A stretch of DNA of 63,023 nucleotides, filler included. It is 3 parts of 3 records of this genome, joined end to end, with 100 filler letters (N's around TTAATTAATTAA, not from the genome) between each part and the next. Parts side by side here need not be neighbours in the genome. Positions count along the whole stretch, not along the records: positions 1 to 20,726 come from SRR20825019_244; 2 more parts are not named here. One strand, written 5' to 3'. The position numbers and the translations under genes were made by a program. Below, piece by piece: positions 1 to 9,128 of this stretch (its first letter is position 1; every line of letters starts with the position of its first letter). The notes beneath the pieces were generated by a model. That model did not search any database and was not told where the DNA came from. It was given only the letters and a program-made list of their open reading frames with translations.

Positions 1-520
1 GCATCATAGCCAGAAGAGTTCCACCATCCGTTAGCCCCCTGATATTGAAAAGAAGTTCCAGTCGATGTCCATGTATGAATCTTTGTTCCACCTACTCCAT
101 AGTCATAAAATGCGGCAATATCATCTTTAAAGCCATCTCTGTCAAAATCTCCGCTAAGTACTCTTAATTTAATTTTATCAGAATCATATCCATTGGATGT
201 CCACCAACCTGTTGATCCCTGGTATTGAAAAGAATTACCTGTAGATTTCCAAACATGAATTCTCGTCACACCTCCTCCATAGTCATAAAAAGCGGCAATA
301 TCATCTTTATATCCATCTCTGTCAAAGTCTCCAGAAATGATTTTTCCAGAAATTTTACTCGCATCAAACCATGATCCACCACTTGACCACCAACCATTTG
401 CTCCCTGATAAAGAAACTCTGTGGCTGTAGACTCCCAAACGTGTATTTTTGTTAACCCAGCTCCGTAGTCGTAGAATGTCGCAATGTCATCCTCTTGACC
501 ATCTCTGTCAAAGTCGCCTG
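1..520 (-). repeat. Coding tandem repeat, ~180-186 bp unit, 3 copies visible (FG-GAP-like blades)
   Basis: CCATCTCTGTCAAA recurs near 140, 320 and 505; translated units are near-identical. Confidence 0.85.
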
Positions 521-1910
521 TTACTTGATTGTTTGTTGTTTGGTTGGCGTCGTAAAATGGTTCTGGTCCATTCCAAGAAAAAACATCTGTGTTATTTGCA
601 ATTGCCTCTCTGTATCTTCTATAATAGTTAATTCCCGTAATTAAATATCGCTCTTTTGTACCGCCGGTATAGAGACGGTTTTCCATTTCTCTAGCAAATC
701 TATCTGCTTGGTTTAATAAGTTCTCCACTTCTTGCGATGTAAAATAATCACTGTTATCGCTCGCATATTTAGCTAATAACATAAAGGGTTCGAGATATTC
801 TCCCGACAAATCATCATTGAAATGTGGTGTAAAAGTTATTACAGTTCCTGGTACACTCGTACAATATAAATTCAGCTTATCATCTTGTGCTCTAGTTCTA
901 TAGGTAATCACGTGATTTATTGCCTTTTTTATTGAGGCAGATAATTGTTTCTTAAAACTTTCATCTTCATTTTGAATAATACTGAACGTTTCGATCATCC
1001 CTCTTACCGTCATCAAATGGTAGTATATTTTTGTGTCGTGGTAAACATCAAATGAACCTTCATTATTAATACCTCCTGTTTTCCAAATCCCATTTTGTAT
1101 TCCGGATAGCTGACTTTGTGTATTCATAAGGTTTTTACAAATCTGCTTCGATGCATTTAAATAACGACAATCGTGTGTCACTTTATATGCTCCGGCCAAG
1201 GCCCAAGACATTAACCCCTGATTATTAGAGTTACCGTAATTATTATCTTGATTAACTTTAGTGATCAAGAAGTTTGATGTCGCTACAATAGCATTATACA
1301 CCTCCGAATTTCTATAATTTAAGTTAGACAAATAAAACTCGCAAAGGGTTCTCAACGCATAGGAACTAGGATATGGATCTGTTGCATTATAATAACATGG
1401 ACCATTAATGTCAGAATTATAATCAGCAGTTATACTGCATCTATTATACCATTGTATAAAACCACCATCGGTGAATTGATCAGAAAGTAAATAATCAATT
1501 CCATCCTTAATATCGTTTAAATGGTCAGAATCGCCAGTCATAAAATAAGAATGTAAGTGCCCTCTACCAAACTTACTTGTTTGTCTATAAAGTGGATGAG
1601 AACCTATTGGATGGTCCTTTAATGTTGCTGAAAAAAAACCATCAATATTATTCTCATACGGTGTGAAATACCCTCTTTCCCAGGACCCTGCGTGCCAAAA
1701 TTGTGTAGTCGATAGTTGAAAATATGGATAAGAACCAATGGCTTGTATTTTTGATTGTCCTTTGTACGCCTCACTTAATAATTTCAAGTGCGTTAGATCA
1801 GAATTCGTAAATGTGATATCTGGGTGCACGCCTGGTGAAACTATAGTTTGCGCAAATGAAAAATTAAAAACAGTTAGAAACAACAGTAAAATTGAATGCC
1901 TTGAAATCAT
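1..1910 (-). CDS. Large secreted protein: N-terminal alpha/alpha-toroid-like domain plus at least 3 FG-GAP/VCBS-like repeats; 3' end runs off the window (at least 636 aa); absent from the ORF track
   Basis: Translated by hand from ATG at 1910: MISRHSILLLFLTVFNFSFAQTIVSPG... (signal peptide), open to position 1. Contains GIDYLLSDQFTDGGF (QW-like toroid motif) and three ~60-aa repeats GDFDRDGxxDDIAxFYDYGxGxTxIHxWxSTxxxFxYQGxxGWW. Confidence 0.85.
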   Translation of the reverse strand, partial: MISRHSILLLFLTVFNFSFAQTIVSPGVHPDITFTNSDLTHLKLLSEAYKGQSKIQAIGSYPYFQLSTTQFWHAGSWERGYFTPYENNIDGFFSATLKDHPIGSHPLYRQTSKFGRGHLHSYFMTGDSDHLNDIKDGIDYLLSDQFTDGGFIQWYNRCSITADYNSDINGPCYYNATDPYPSSYALRTLCEFYLSNLNYRNSEVYNAIVATSNFLITKVNQDNNYGNSNNQGLMSWALAGAYKVTHDCRYLNASKQICKNLMNTQSQLSGIQNGIWKTGGINNEGSFDVYHDTKIYYHLMTVRGMIETFSIIQNEDESFKKQLSASIKKAINHVITYRTRAQDDKLNLYCTSVPGTVITFTPHFNDDLSGEYLEPFMLLAKYASDNSDYFTSQEVENLLNQADRFAREMENRLYTGGTKERYLITGINYYRRYREAIANNTDVFSWNGPEPFYDANQTTNNQVTGDFDRDGQEDDIATFYDYGAGLTKIHVWESTATEFLYQGANGWWSSGGSWFDASKISGKIISGDFDRDGYKDDIAAFYDYGGGVTRIHVWKSTGNSFQYQGSTGWWTSNGYDSDKIKLRVLSGDFDRDGFKDDIAAFYDYGVGGTKIHTWTSTGTSFQYQGANGWWNSSGYD

Positions 1911-2062
1911 GATTATAGATATTTTTTGGTCGGTTTATAAGTCTATGAACTTTAAAGATCGTAATAAATATGAGACTTGCAACAGTAACTGCTGTAGCTT
2001 AACAAAAGAGGATTTTTACGATAATCCACCACAATTTTTGCTTAATGAAAAATAACTATTCC

Positions 2063-3610
2063 TCATTCCCTCCGATCCAAACTTCGATACTGCACCGCCT
2101 CAGCTATATGCGCTGCTTCAATATTCTCCGATCCATCTAAATCGGCAATGGTTCTCGCTACTTTCAAAATTCGATCATACGCCCGTGCTGAGAATCCTAA
2201 TTTTTCCATCGCGGAGCGCAAAATCTGAGCAGAGCTTTCGTTCAAACGGCAAAACTCTCGGACTTGCTTGGAATTCATTTCGGCGTTGCAATGTGTTTGA
2301 TGCTCTCGTTCCATCGTTTGCACATTTTTGAACCTCGCACTCTGAATCTTGCGTGCTTTCACTACACGTTCACGGATATCCGTACTTGTTTCCAGTGGAA
2401 CGTCGTTTCTAAGCTCTTCATAGGAAACGGGAGTAACTTCTATGTGTAAATCAATTCGGTCCATGAGAGGTCCTGAAACCTTGTTTAAATAGCGTTGAAC
2501 TACTCCACTTCCGCAGGAGCAATCCCGTTCTGGGTGGTTGTGGTAACCGCAGGGGCATGGATTCATAGCCGCAATCAACATAAACCCTGCTGGGTAATCC
2601 ACACTGAGTCTTGCACGAGAAATCGTTACCATTCGATCTTCCATCGGTTGGCGCATTACTTCTAAAACCGTTCGCTTGTATTCTGGCAATTCGTCTAAAA
2701 AAAGTACCCCGTTGTGAGCTAGTGAAATTTCCCCTGGTTGTGGATACGAACCTCCGCCAACAAGCGCGACATCTGAAATGGTATGATGTGGCTTGCGGAA
2801 TGGACGTGAAGAAACCAATCCTTTTGCGGCGTTTACCCTTCCAACTACCGAGTGAATTTTGGTCGTTTCCAACGCCTCTTCAATGGAAAGTGGAGGGAGA
2901 ATAGTTGGCAATCGCTTCGCTAGCATGGATTTCCCCGCTCCTGGCGGACCGATCAATAAAACATTGTGTCCCCCAGATGCTGCGATTTCAAATGCTCGTT
3001 TAATATTTTCTTGCCCTTTCACATCTGAAAAGTCCATTTGCTGAAATCCATGATCTCCTGAGAAAAGGTGTTCCGCGTGCTTTTCAAGTGGAACGAGCTT
3101 CGAATTCCCATTTAAAAATTCAACGACTTCTAACAAGTTACGAACAGGAATCACCTCCAAATCGTCCACGAAATTGGCTTCTTTACCGTTTTCATAAGGA
3201 ACCAGAACTCCCTTTAACTTGGAATCGCGGGCGCAAAGTGCTAGCGGCAACGCTCCACGGATCGGTTTTATTTCTCCGTCCAAAGATAATTCTCCCGCAA
3301 TCAGATACTCTCCGATTAAATCTGTATTTACTTGATTTGTTGCTGCCAAAATCCCAATCGCTATGGAAAGATCAAAACTCGATCCTTCTTTTCGGAGATC
3401 AGCTGGTGCCATGTTGACGGTGATTTCTTTCCCCGGATAGTTGAAATTATTGTTCGCAAGCGCCGATTTGATCCTTTGTTGGGATTCTTTTACCGCGGAA
3501 TCAGGTAAACCAACGAGAAAAAAATTAATTCCTGAACTGATACTTACTTCAATAGTGATCAGCGTAGCATCGATTCCTAAAAGCGCTGCACCGTAGGTTT
3601 TTACGAGCAT
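2063..3610 (-). CDS. comM: YifB/ComM family Mg-chelatase-like AAA+ ATPase
   Basis: VGLPDSAVKES, INMAPADLRKEGSSFDL-like Lon-type N-domain, Walker A GPPGAGKS, GVLFLDELPE, AMNPCPCG zinc motif, SARAYDRILKVARTIADL. Confidence 0.93.
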   Translation of the reverse strand: MLVKTYGAALLGIDATLITIEVSISSGINFFLVGLPDSAVKESQQRIKSALANNNFNYPGKEITVNMAPADLRKEGSSFDLSIAIGILAATNQVNTDLIGEYLIAGELSLDGEIKPIRGALPLALCARDSKLKGVLVPYENGKEANFVDDLEVIPVRNLLEVVEFLNGNSKLVPLEKHAEHLFSGDHGFQQMDFSDVKGQENIKRAFEIAASGGHNVLLIGPPGAGKSMLAKRLPTILPPLSIEEALETTKIHSVVGRVNAAKGLVSSRPFRKPHHTISDVALVGGGSYPQPGEISLAHNGVLFLDELPEYKRTVLEVMRQPMEDRMVTISRARLSVDYPAGFMLIAAMNPCPCGYHNHPERDCSCGSGVVQRYLNKVSGPLMDRIDLHIEVTPVSYEELRNDVPLETSTDIRERVVKARKIQSARFKNVQTMEREHQTHCNAEMNSKQVREFCRLNESSAQILRSAMEKLGFSARAYDRILKVARTIADLDGSENIEAAHIAEAVQYRSLDRRE

Positions 3611-3692
3611 AATAGTGGTTTTTAAAAGGTTAGGTTCAGACCAAAGTCTACCTTAAGTTAGTGAAAAAGTTGAGTTTAAACTATCCAAAAAC

Positions 3693-3724
3693 AAAAAAAC
3701 CGACTCAAATTGAATCGGTTTTTG
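3693..3724. terminator. Intrinsic terminator downstream of the T9SS cargo gene
   Basis: AAAAAAACCGACTCAAATTGAATCGGTTTTT hairpin with A/T tails. Confidence 0.65.
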
Positions 3725-3742
3725 AAAAAATATTTTCTTGAA

Positions 3743-5596
3743 TTAATGAAGAACTTGAACCTTTTGTTTCGTCGTTCCGCTTTCTGTTTCAATGCTTAAT
3801 GTGTACATCCCATTCGCAAATCCAGAAGTATTCATGTTCATTGTGTACGTACCATCTAGCGATAAAAATGGCGTTTTAGAAATTTGCTTTCCAGATAGAT
3901 CATAAAGAACAATCGATCCACTTGTTCCTTGCGTAGTGGCGATGCTCACGGTCAATTCACTATTCGCTGGATTTGGATAGGCTTCAACATCTATCGTTTC
4001 GCCTTTTTCATCGATTCCACTCGTACAATTAAATTTTGCTCGTACAACAATCGCACGTGGATTCGACAACCAAAGTGGGTCATTCGTTGCATTAAATCCC
4101 CATACCATTTGGTTTGGAACTCCTTGTCCATACATAAAACTTACATCATCACCGCCTCCAACTGCGCCACCATTATGACATGCAACAACAAGTATTTCTT
4201 CTCCAGCCAAAACTTCTACTTCATCCAATAAAGAAATCGTTTGAATAGTCCCTATTTCAGCAGCAGTGATCGCATAAAAGTCGGTTGATTCAAGAAAGAT
4301 CCAGTCACCACTTGACTCATCATACTTATAAACTTCACCGAAAAAGTCACGTCCAACACTATTCGTATTATTCGCAAGTCCAATCTCTATTTCGCAAAAT
4401 TTTTCATCATTTGTTATTTGGTAGACATTTCCAATTTTAAACGCTCCTCCAGTATTTGAAGACCAATTAGAAATAGAACCAGTCGATTGAGATGCACTTG
4501 TCAAATTATCTAGACCAAATATATCAGCTGTAATACTTAAAGAGTCAACAAATTCGTTATTCGATAAGTTTCCATCTGTTCCTGAAGTCGTTGTAGCAGT
4601 ACAAGTTAAATCGTAAAACCCTACTTGCGAAGGCGTCCAAGTGGTAGTTGACATAACCGTATCTTTTTCATTTGCTGCCAAGCTAAGACCATTGGTTGTT
4701 CCTGAATAAACACTTCCTGAAGTACCTGAAACATCAATATCTGCACCGCAGCCACTCAAAGTTCCACCAGTGTAGTTTACTAGTTCTGAGTAAAACGTCA
4801 TTGGCGCTGCCTGAGAAATCGGAATCTTATAGTATTGATAATTCAACGAATTCATTCCCCACCATGAATCGGACATGAGCACATCATTCGGATCTGCTTC
4901 GCTTAATGCGAGATCATCAATCATCCAAAAGTAAACGCGTGCGCTCCATCCAATTCTGATATACACCGTTGGTTGGTTGGCAGCAATCGTTGAGATATTC
5001 AAAGAAACCAACATGGGATTAGCTGATGCTGCGTTGTTTGCCTGACCGTTCGCTACATTAAACGTCGTCCAGCTTATTCCATCATTACTCACTTGAACAT
5101 TTAAGCTCACTCCGTTGTTGTATCGGAATGACTGCTGAAAAGAAAGAATTACAGATGGTCGCGTAGAACAATCTAAGGCACTTGTTTGAAAATACGAACT
5201 CAAGTACTGATAATTCGTCCCCGAAGGCTGACCGTACGTAAAATGGTTCGCAGAATCTGCATCCATGATTAAAAATCCATTCGCGGCCGTCGTGGAGCTA
5301 ATTCCCGCAGCTGCAGCCGTAGCACTATTTCCATTAAAATTACCCCAAGATCCATCCGTAGAATACGTCCAAGGACAAACTCCAGAAGAGTCAATGAGTG
5401 TCCAACCTGCCGGAAAACCACCGCCAAAATCTTCCGTCCAAAAAGGCGTAGCCCTAAATTGTGGATCTGAAATCGGAGTTCCTGTTGGACGCGTTGAAGG
5501 AATTAAGGGTGAATCTTCTACCGTTGATAATTCTTGTGCAAAAGAAATTGTGAATCCCAAAAATAGGATCACTGAAGTGAATAAAGTCTTTTTCAT
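3743..5596 (-). CDS. T9SS type A sorting-domain protein (beta-rich, adhesin/MAM-like N-domain)
   Basis: Signal peptide ending ISFA-Q; C-terminal YPNPA...LYDLSGK...NGMY...KQKVQVLH CTD; FWTEDFGGGFPAGWT and WMIDDL motifs typical of cleaved-adhesin-like domains. Confidence 0.85.
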   Translation of the reverse strand: MKKTLFTSVILFLGFTISFAQELSTVEDSPLIPSTRPTGTPISDPQFRATPFWTEDFGGGFPAGWTLIDSSGVCPWTYSTDGSWGNFNGNSATAAAAGISSTTAANGFLIMDADSANHFTYGQPSGTNYQYLSSYFQTSALDCSTRPSVILSFQQSFRYNNGVSLNVQVSNDGISWTTFNVANGQANNAASANPMLVSLNISTIAANQPTVYIRIGWSARVYFWMIDDLALSEADPNDVLMSDSWWGMNSLNYQYYKIPISQAAPMTFYSELVNYTGGTLSGCGADIDVSGTSGSVYSGTTNGLSLAANEKDTVMSTTTWTPSQVGFYDLTCTATTTSGTDGNLSNNEFVDSLSITADIFGLDNLTSASQSTGSISNWSSNTGGAFKIGNVYQITNDEKFCEIEIGLANNTNSVGRDFFGEVYKYDESSGDWIFLESTDFYAITAAEIGTIQTISLLDEVEVLAGEEILVVACHNGGAVGGGDDVSFMYGQGVPNQMVWGFNATNDPLWLSNPRAIVVRAKFNCTSGIDEKGETIDVEAYPNPANSELTVSIATTQGTSGSIVLYDLSGKQISKTPFLSLDGTYTMNMNTSGFANGMYTLSIETESGTTKQKVQVLH

Positions 5597-5716
5597 ATAG
5601 CTAACTTACGTTAAATCAACAAGTAACGCAAAACCTACTGCATTACCCATTTTACTAAAATATAAAAACCGATGATCAATAAGACCATCGGTTCAACTAT
5701 TTTTTTAGAGAAAAGA

Positions 5717-5878
5717 CTAACGTTTGTGCATTCCCTCGTCAGAAACTGTAAGTTTTTTTCTTCCTTTACGGCGACGAGCAGCTAATACTCGACGACCATT
5801 CTTAGTTGCCATACGACTTCTGAAACCGTGCTTGTTTCTTCTTTTTCTAACGGATGGTTGAAACGTTCTTTTGCTCAT
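5717..5878 (-). CDS. rpmH: 50S ribosomal protein L34 (53 aa; below the ORF-track cutoff)
   Basis: Translated by hand: [53 protein letters not shown]. Confidence 0.97.
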   Translation of the reverse strand: MSKRTFQPSVRKRRNKHGFRSRMATKNGRRVLAARRRKGRKKLTVSDEGMHKR

Positions 5879-5916
5879 GATCTATATTCTTTATACTTGT
5901 GTCAAAAATTGGAATG

Positions 5917-5924
5917 CAAAGATA
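5917..5924 (-). promoter_or_regulatory. Bacteroidetes -7 promoter element for rpmH
   Basis: TATCTTTG on the minus strand matches TAnnTTTG, ~40 nt upstream of the ATG. Confidence 0.65.
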
Positions 5925-6024
5925 TGTATTTTTTCCATTACGCAAAACCTTTCTGCAAAAAAGTACAAAATTTCAGTTAATCCGATTGTGAGCGTTATTT
6001 TTGTACTCAATATAATAACCGAAA

Positions 6025-7857
6025 ATGGCAAGAAAACAACGAGGCGAACGTCAAAAACTGAGTAAAGATAGTATTAAGAAAGCAAAACAAATTTTCAGTT
6101 ACTTACGTCCGTACAGAGGTCTTTTCGCAATCGGATGGGTGTGTTTAGGGATTTCCAGCTTGATTGGACTAGGTTTTCCACTTCTAATGGGACAATTATT
6201 AGGCGGAGGTTCGCAAGGAGTTTCTCCTGTTTCAAACATGTTCTCAAAATTTGCAATTGAAACATCGAATATCAATTCAATCGCACTAGGATTACTCGGT
6301 TTGTTTATTATTCAAGCCATTTTTTCCTTTTTAAGGGTTGTAATTTTTACAAATGTTACTGAAAATGCCTTGCGCGACATCAGAAAAGATGCTTTTGGTA
6401 GATTGATCTACATGCCAATGGACTTTTTCAACCGAAATAAAGTAGGTGAATTAACAAGTCGAATGTCATCAGATATAACACAGATTCAGGAAACCCTTAG
6501 AACAACGATTGCCGAGTTTTTCAGACAAGTTGTGATCATTGTTGGGAGTATTTGTTTCTTATTCGTGATTTCATGGAAACTCTCACTCATCATGCTCGCT
6601 ACCGTTCCCGTTATGGCAATTGTAGCAGTGTTCTTTGGAAGATTTATTAAAAAACTATCGAAGAAAGCGCAAGATGAGGCCGCGATTTCGAATACCATAA
6701 TTGAGGAAGCTCTCATGGGAATCAGCAATGTGAAATCCTTTACCAACGAGCTTTTTGTCCTTAAGAACTATACTAAAGTTGTTGACTCTATTCGCGATTT
6801 AAACGTAAAAAGCGGACTTTGGAGAGGCGTTTTTGTTTCGTTCATTATCCTTTGTATGTTCGGCGCAATTGTATTTATCGTTTGGAAAGGAATGTTGATG
6901 ACTCAAGGTGCAGATGCGACATTGTCACGCGACATGTTCTTCTCCTTCGTAATGTTGACAGTGATGATGGGAGCATCTGTAGGTTCCCTGCCAGACATGT
7001 ATTCGAACATTCAAAAAGCGATTGGAGCCACAGAAAACTTAATGCAAATCATCCATGAAGATGGCGAAAGAGAATTGCACAAAGGAGTTGAAAAGCCAGA
7101 AATTACAGGTCGAATTGAATTTAAGGAAGTCGCGTTTTCTTATCCTCAACGAGCGGATATTGAAGTTCTAAGGAACATCAACTTCTCAATTGAACAGAAT
7201 CAAACTATTGCATTGGTTGGATCATCGGGAGCAGGAAAATCGACAATAGCGTCTCTTTTGCTCAAATACTACTCTATTTCGAACGGAGCGATCAGTTTTG
7301 ATGGAATAGAGTCAACGAACATCGATACTCCGTATCTGCGCTCTAAAATGGCAATTGTACCTCAGGAAGTCATCCTTTTTGGTGGAACAATCAGAGATAA
7401 TATCGCATTTGGTGACACTACTGCATCTGACGAGCAAATTATTGACGCTGCCAAACAAGCGAACGCATGGGAGTTTATTTCATCATTTCCCGACCAACTC
7501 GATACCGAAGTTGGAGATAGAGGAATTCAATTATCAGGAGGACAAAAACAACGGGTTGCAATTGCACGAGCAATCTTGAAGAATCCAACCATTCTACTGC
7601 TCGACGAAGCAACATCGGCTTTGGATTCTGAGTCAGAAAAATTGGTTCAAGAAGCATTAAATCGTTTGATGAAAGGCAGAACGTCTATTGTTATCGCGCA
7701 TCGATTATCTACTATCAGATCAGCTGATTGCATTCACGTAATTGATCAAGGGAAAATTGTTGAATCAGGAACGCACGATGAATTACTGATGACCAATGGA
7801 ATCTATTCTAATTTGGTGAATATTGGTGGTGAAGCGGGAAATTCCGTTCTCAACTAG
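6025..7857 (+). CDS. ABC transporter, fused permease/ATPase (MsbA/ABCB-like exporter)
   Basis: Six-TM N-domain, Walker A GSSGAGKS, LSGGQKQR signature, LLLDEATSALD, IAHRLST. Confidence 0.93.
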   Translation: MARKQRGERQKLSKDSIKKAKQIFSYLRPYRGLFAIGWVCLGISSLIGLGFPLLMGQLLGGGSQGVSPVSNMFSKFAIETSNINSIALGLLGLFIIQAIFSFLRVVIFTNVTENALRDIRKDAFGRLIYMPMDFFNRNKVGELTSRMSSDITQIQETLRTTIAEFFRQVVIIVGSICFLFVISWKLSLIMLATVPVMAIVAVFFGRFIKKLSKKAQDEAAISNTIIEEALMGISNVKSFTNELFVLKNYTKVVDSIRDLNVKSGLWRGVFVSFIILCMFGAIVFIVWKGMLMTQGADATLSRDMFFSFVMLTVMMGASVGSLPDMYSNIQKAIGATENLMQIIHEDGERELHKGVEKPEITGRIEFKEVAFSYPQRADIEVLRNINFSIEQNQTIALVGSSGAGKSTIASLLLKYYSISNGAISFDGIESTNIDTPYLRSKMAIVPQEVILFGGTIRDNIAFGDTTASDEQIIDAAKQANAWEFISSFPDQLDTEVGDRGIQLSGGQKQRVAIARAILKNPTILLLDEATSALDSESEKLVQEALNRLMKGRTSIVIAHRLSTIRSADCIHVIDQGKIVESGTHDELLMTNGIYSNLVNIGGEAGNSVLN

Positions 7858-7861
7858 GAAG

Positions 7862-8998
7862 CTAAATCACACTGTATCGGATTCGAAATATTATGGAATT
7901 GGATTCTTTGATGAGTTCATGACTTCCATCCAATTGTTCTAATAGTAGCGAGATAATTTCTACACTTGACTCTTCCATTCGGACTTCTTTGATCTCTAGA
8001 TCATTCTCACATTTCAGAACCAAGGCAATTTCTCCTTCAGTGCTTGTATTGCTTATTATGCTGAATTCTGCGAGTGAGTTTTTTGCTTTCGATTGAATGT
8101 TGTTATAGAACTCAATTACTTGGGAAGAAATCAATCCCAAAGGAATTCCCGTTTCAAGGTTCAAAAACAGGTCATTTTTATTGTTATTCGATTTTAAAAT
8201 CCTTTCCAATGGATTTCCACTGAGCATTACTTCATTCATGAATCTCGAGAAGTTAATCAGCGTCCCATTACCAGTAACCACAATTTGATTATGAATTGCC
8301 GAAAGGTACCAGACATCCGTTCGTAATTCGTCCATAACAGAACTCGTTTTATTGGCGCTAAATTCTGTATTTCGAATACTCGCTATGCTTGATACAATTT
8401 GTAAGTTGTTCTTAATTCTGTGATGAATTTCTCGAAGAATAATCTTTTCTTTTCTACTTACAACTTTTCGATAGTAAAAAATGATAGCCATCGTGATACT
8501 TACGGCACTAAAAAAGCAGGTGTAAAAGGAATACTTCGTTATCTCGCTGTTTATATAGTAAATCCCCTCAGGACTTAAGAGAACTTCACTCAAAAGAACA
8601 TATAAAATCGAGACACCTATACAGCCAATAATCGCCGCCCAATCTGAAATCTTTGAGTGTAAAATAATCACTGGTGGAATTGCCCAGAGAAACAACGGAA
8701 ATCCAGCATCAGACCCAATATAATATGTTGCTAAAAAAGCGTGTAGAATGACTTCTAAAGATCCTAAAATAAAATATAAATTGGAGTAGGTATGATTCAA
8801 ACGCAATACTAAAAACCCAGAGGAAAAAAGAACCACGCTAAAAATATTGTAAAAACCCATTTCGGGAACACCCAGCCAGAAGAAGTAACCGATTAATCCA
8901 GCATGGAAAATTGTACCGGCTAAGAGAGTAATAAACATTACCTCCAAAAAATAAATATCCCTCTGACCGCTTATAATCCTATGTTCTTGCCTATTCAT
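7862..8998 (-). CDS. Membrane sensor histidine kinase-like protein (HisKA_2 H-box) with a degenerate ATPase domain
   Basis: About 6 TM helices followed by REIHHRIKNNLQIVSS; no recognisable N-box or G-boxes. Confidence 0.7.
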   Translation of the reverse strand: MNRQEHRIISGQRDIYFLEVMFITLLAGTIFHAGLIGYFFWLGVPEMGFYNIFSVVLFSSGFLVLRLNHTYSNLYFILGSLEVILHAFLATYYIGSDAGFPLFLWAIPPVIILHSKISDWAAIIGCIGVSILYVLLSEVLLSPEGIYYINSEITKYSFYTCFFSAVSITMAIIFYYRKVVSRKEKIILREIHHRIKNNLQIVSSIASIRNTEFSANKTSSVMDELRTDVWYLSAIHNQIVVTGNGTLINFSRFMNEVMLSGNPLERILKSNNNKNDLFLNLETGIPLGLISSQVIEFYNNIQSKAKNSLAEFSIISNTSTEGEIALVLKCENDLEIKEVRMEESSVEIISLLLEQLDGSHELIKESNSIIFRIRYSVI

Positions 8999-9128
8999 CC
9001 TTACGCTATAATCCTATTAGCCTTTACAAATTAGCAAAGAACAGTGCATAAACCTTACCAAAAAGGATAAATCGCACAAGAAATCGTCCAATAGTAGAAT
9101 CTTTTAGACGAGGGCAGTAAACCTCCTG

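Noticed and set aside
1-520. ~180-bp repeats as CRISPR or DGR template/variable repeats
   Set aside because: They are in-frame protein repeats with mostly synonymous or conservative differences, and no reverse transcriptase is present.
1738-2055. 105-aa + strand ORF (also 449-631)
   Set aside because: Antisense shadow of the large minus-strand gene at 1-1910.
2063-2100. comM as an integration site for a mobile element
   Set aside because: The gene is full length, and no integrase or att-like direct repeat is visible in the window.
5871-6065. 64-aa + strand ORF
   Set aside because: Spans the divergent rpmH/ABC promoter region and shows no coding features.
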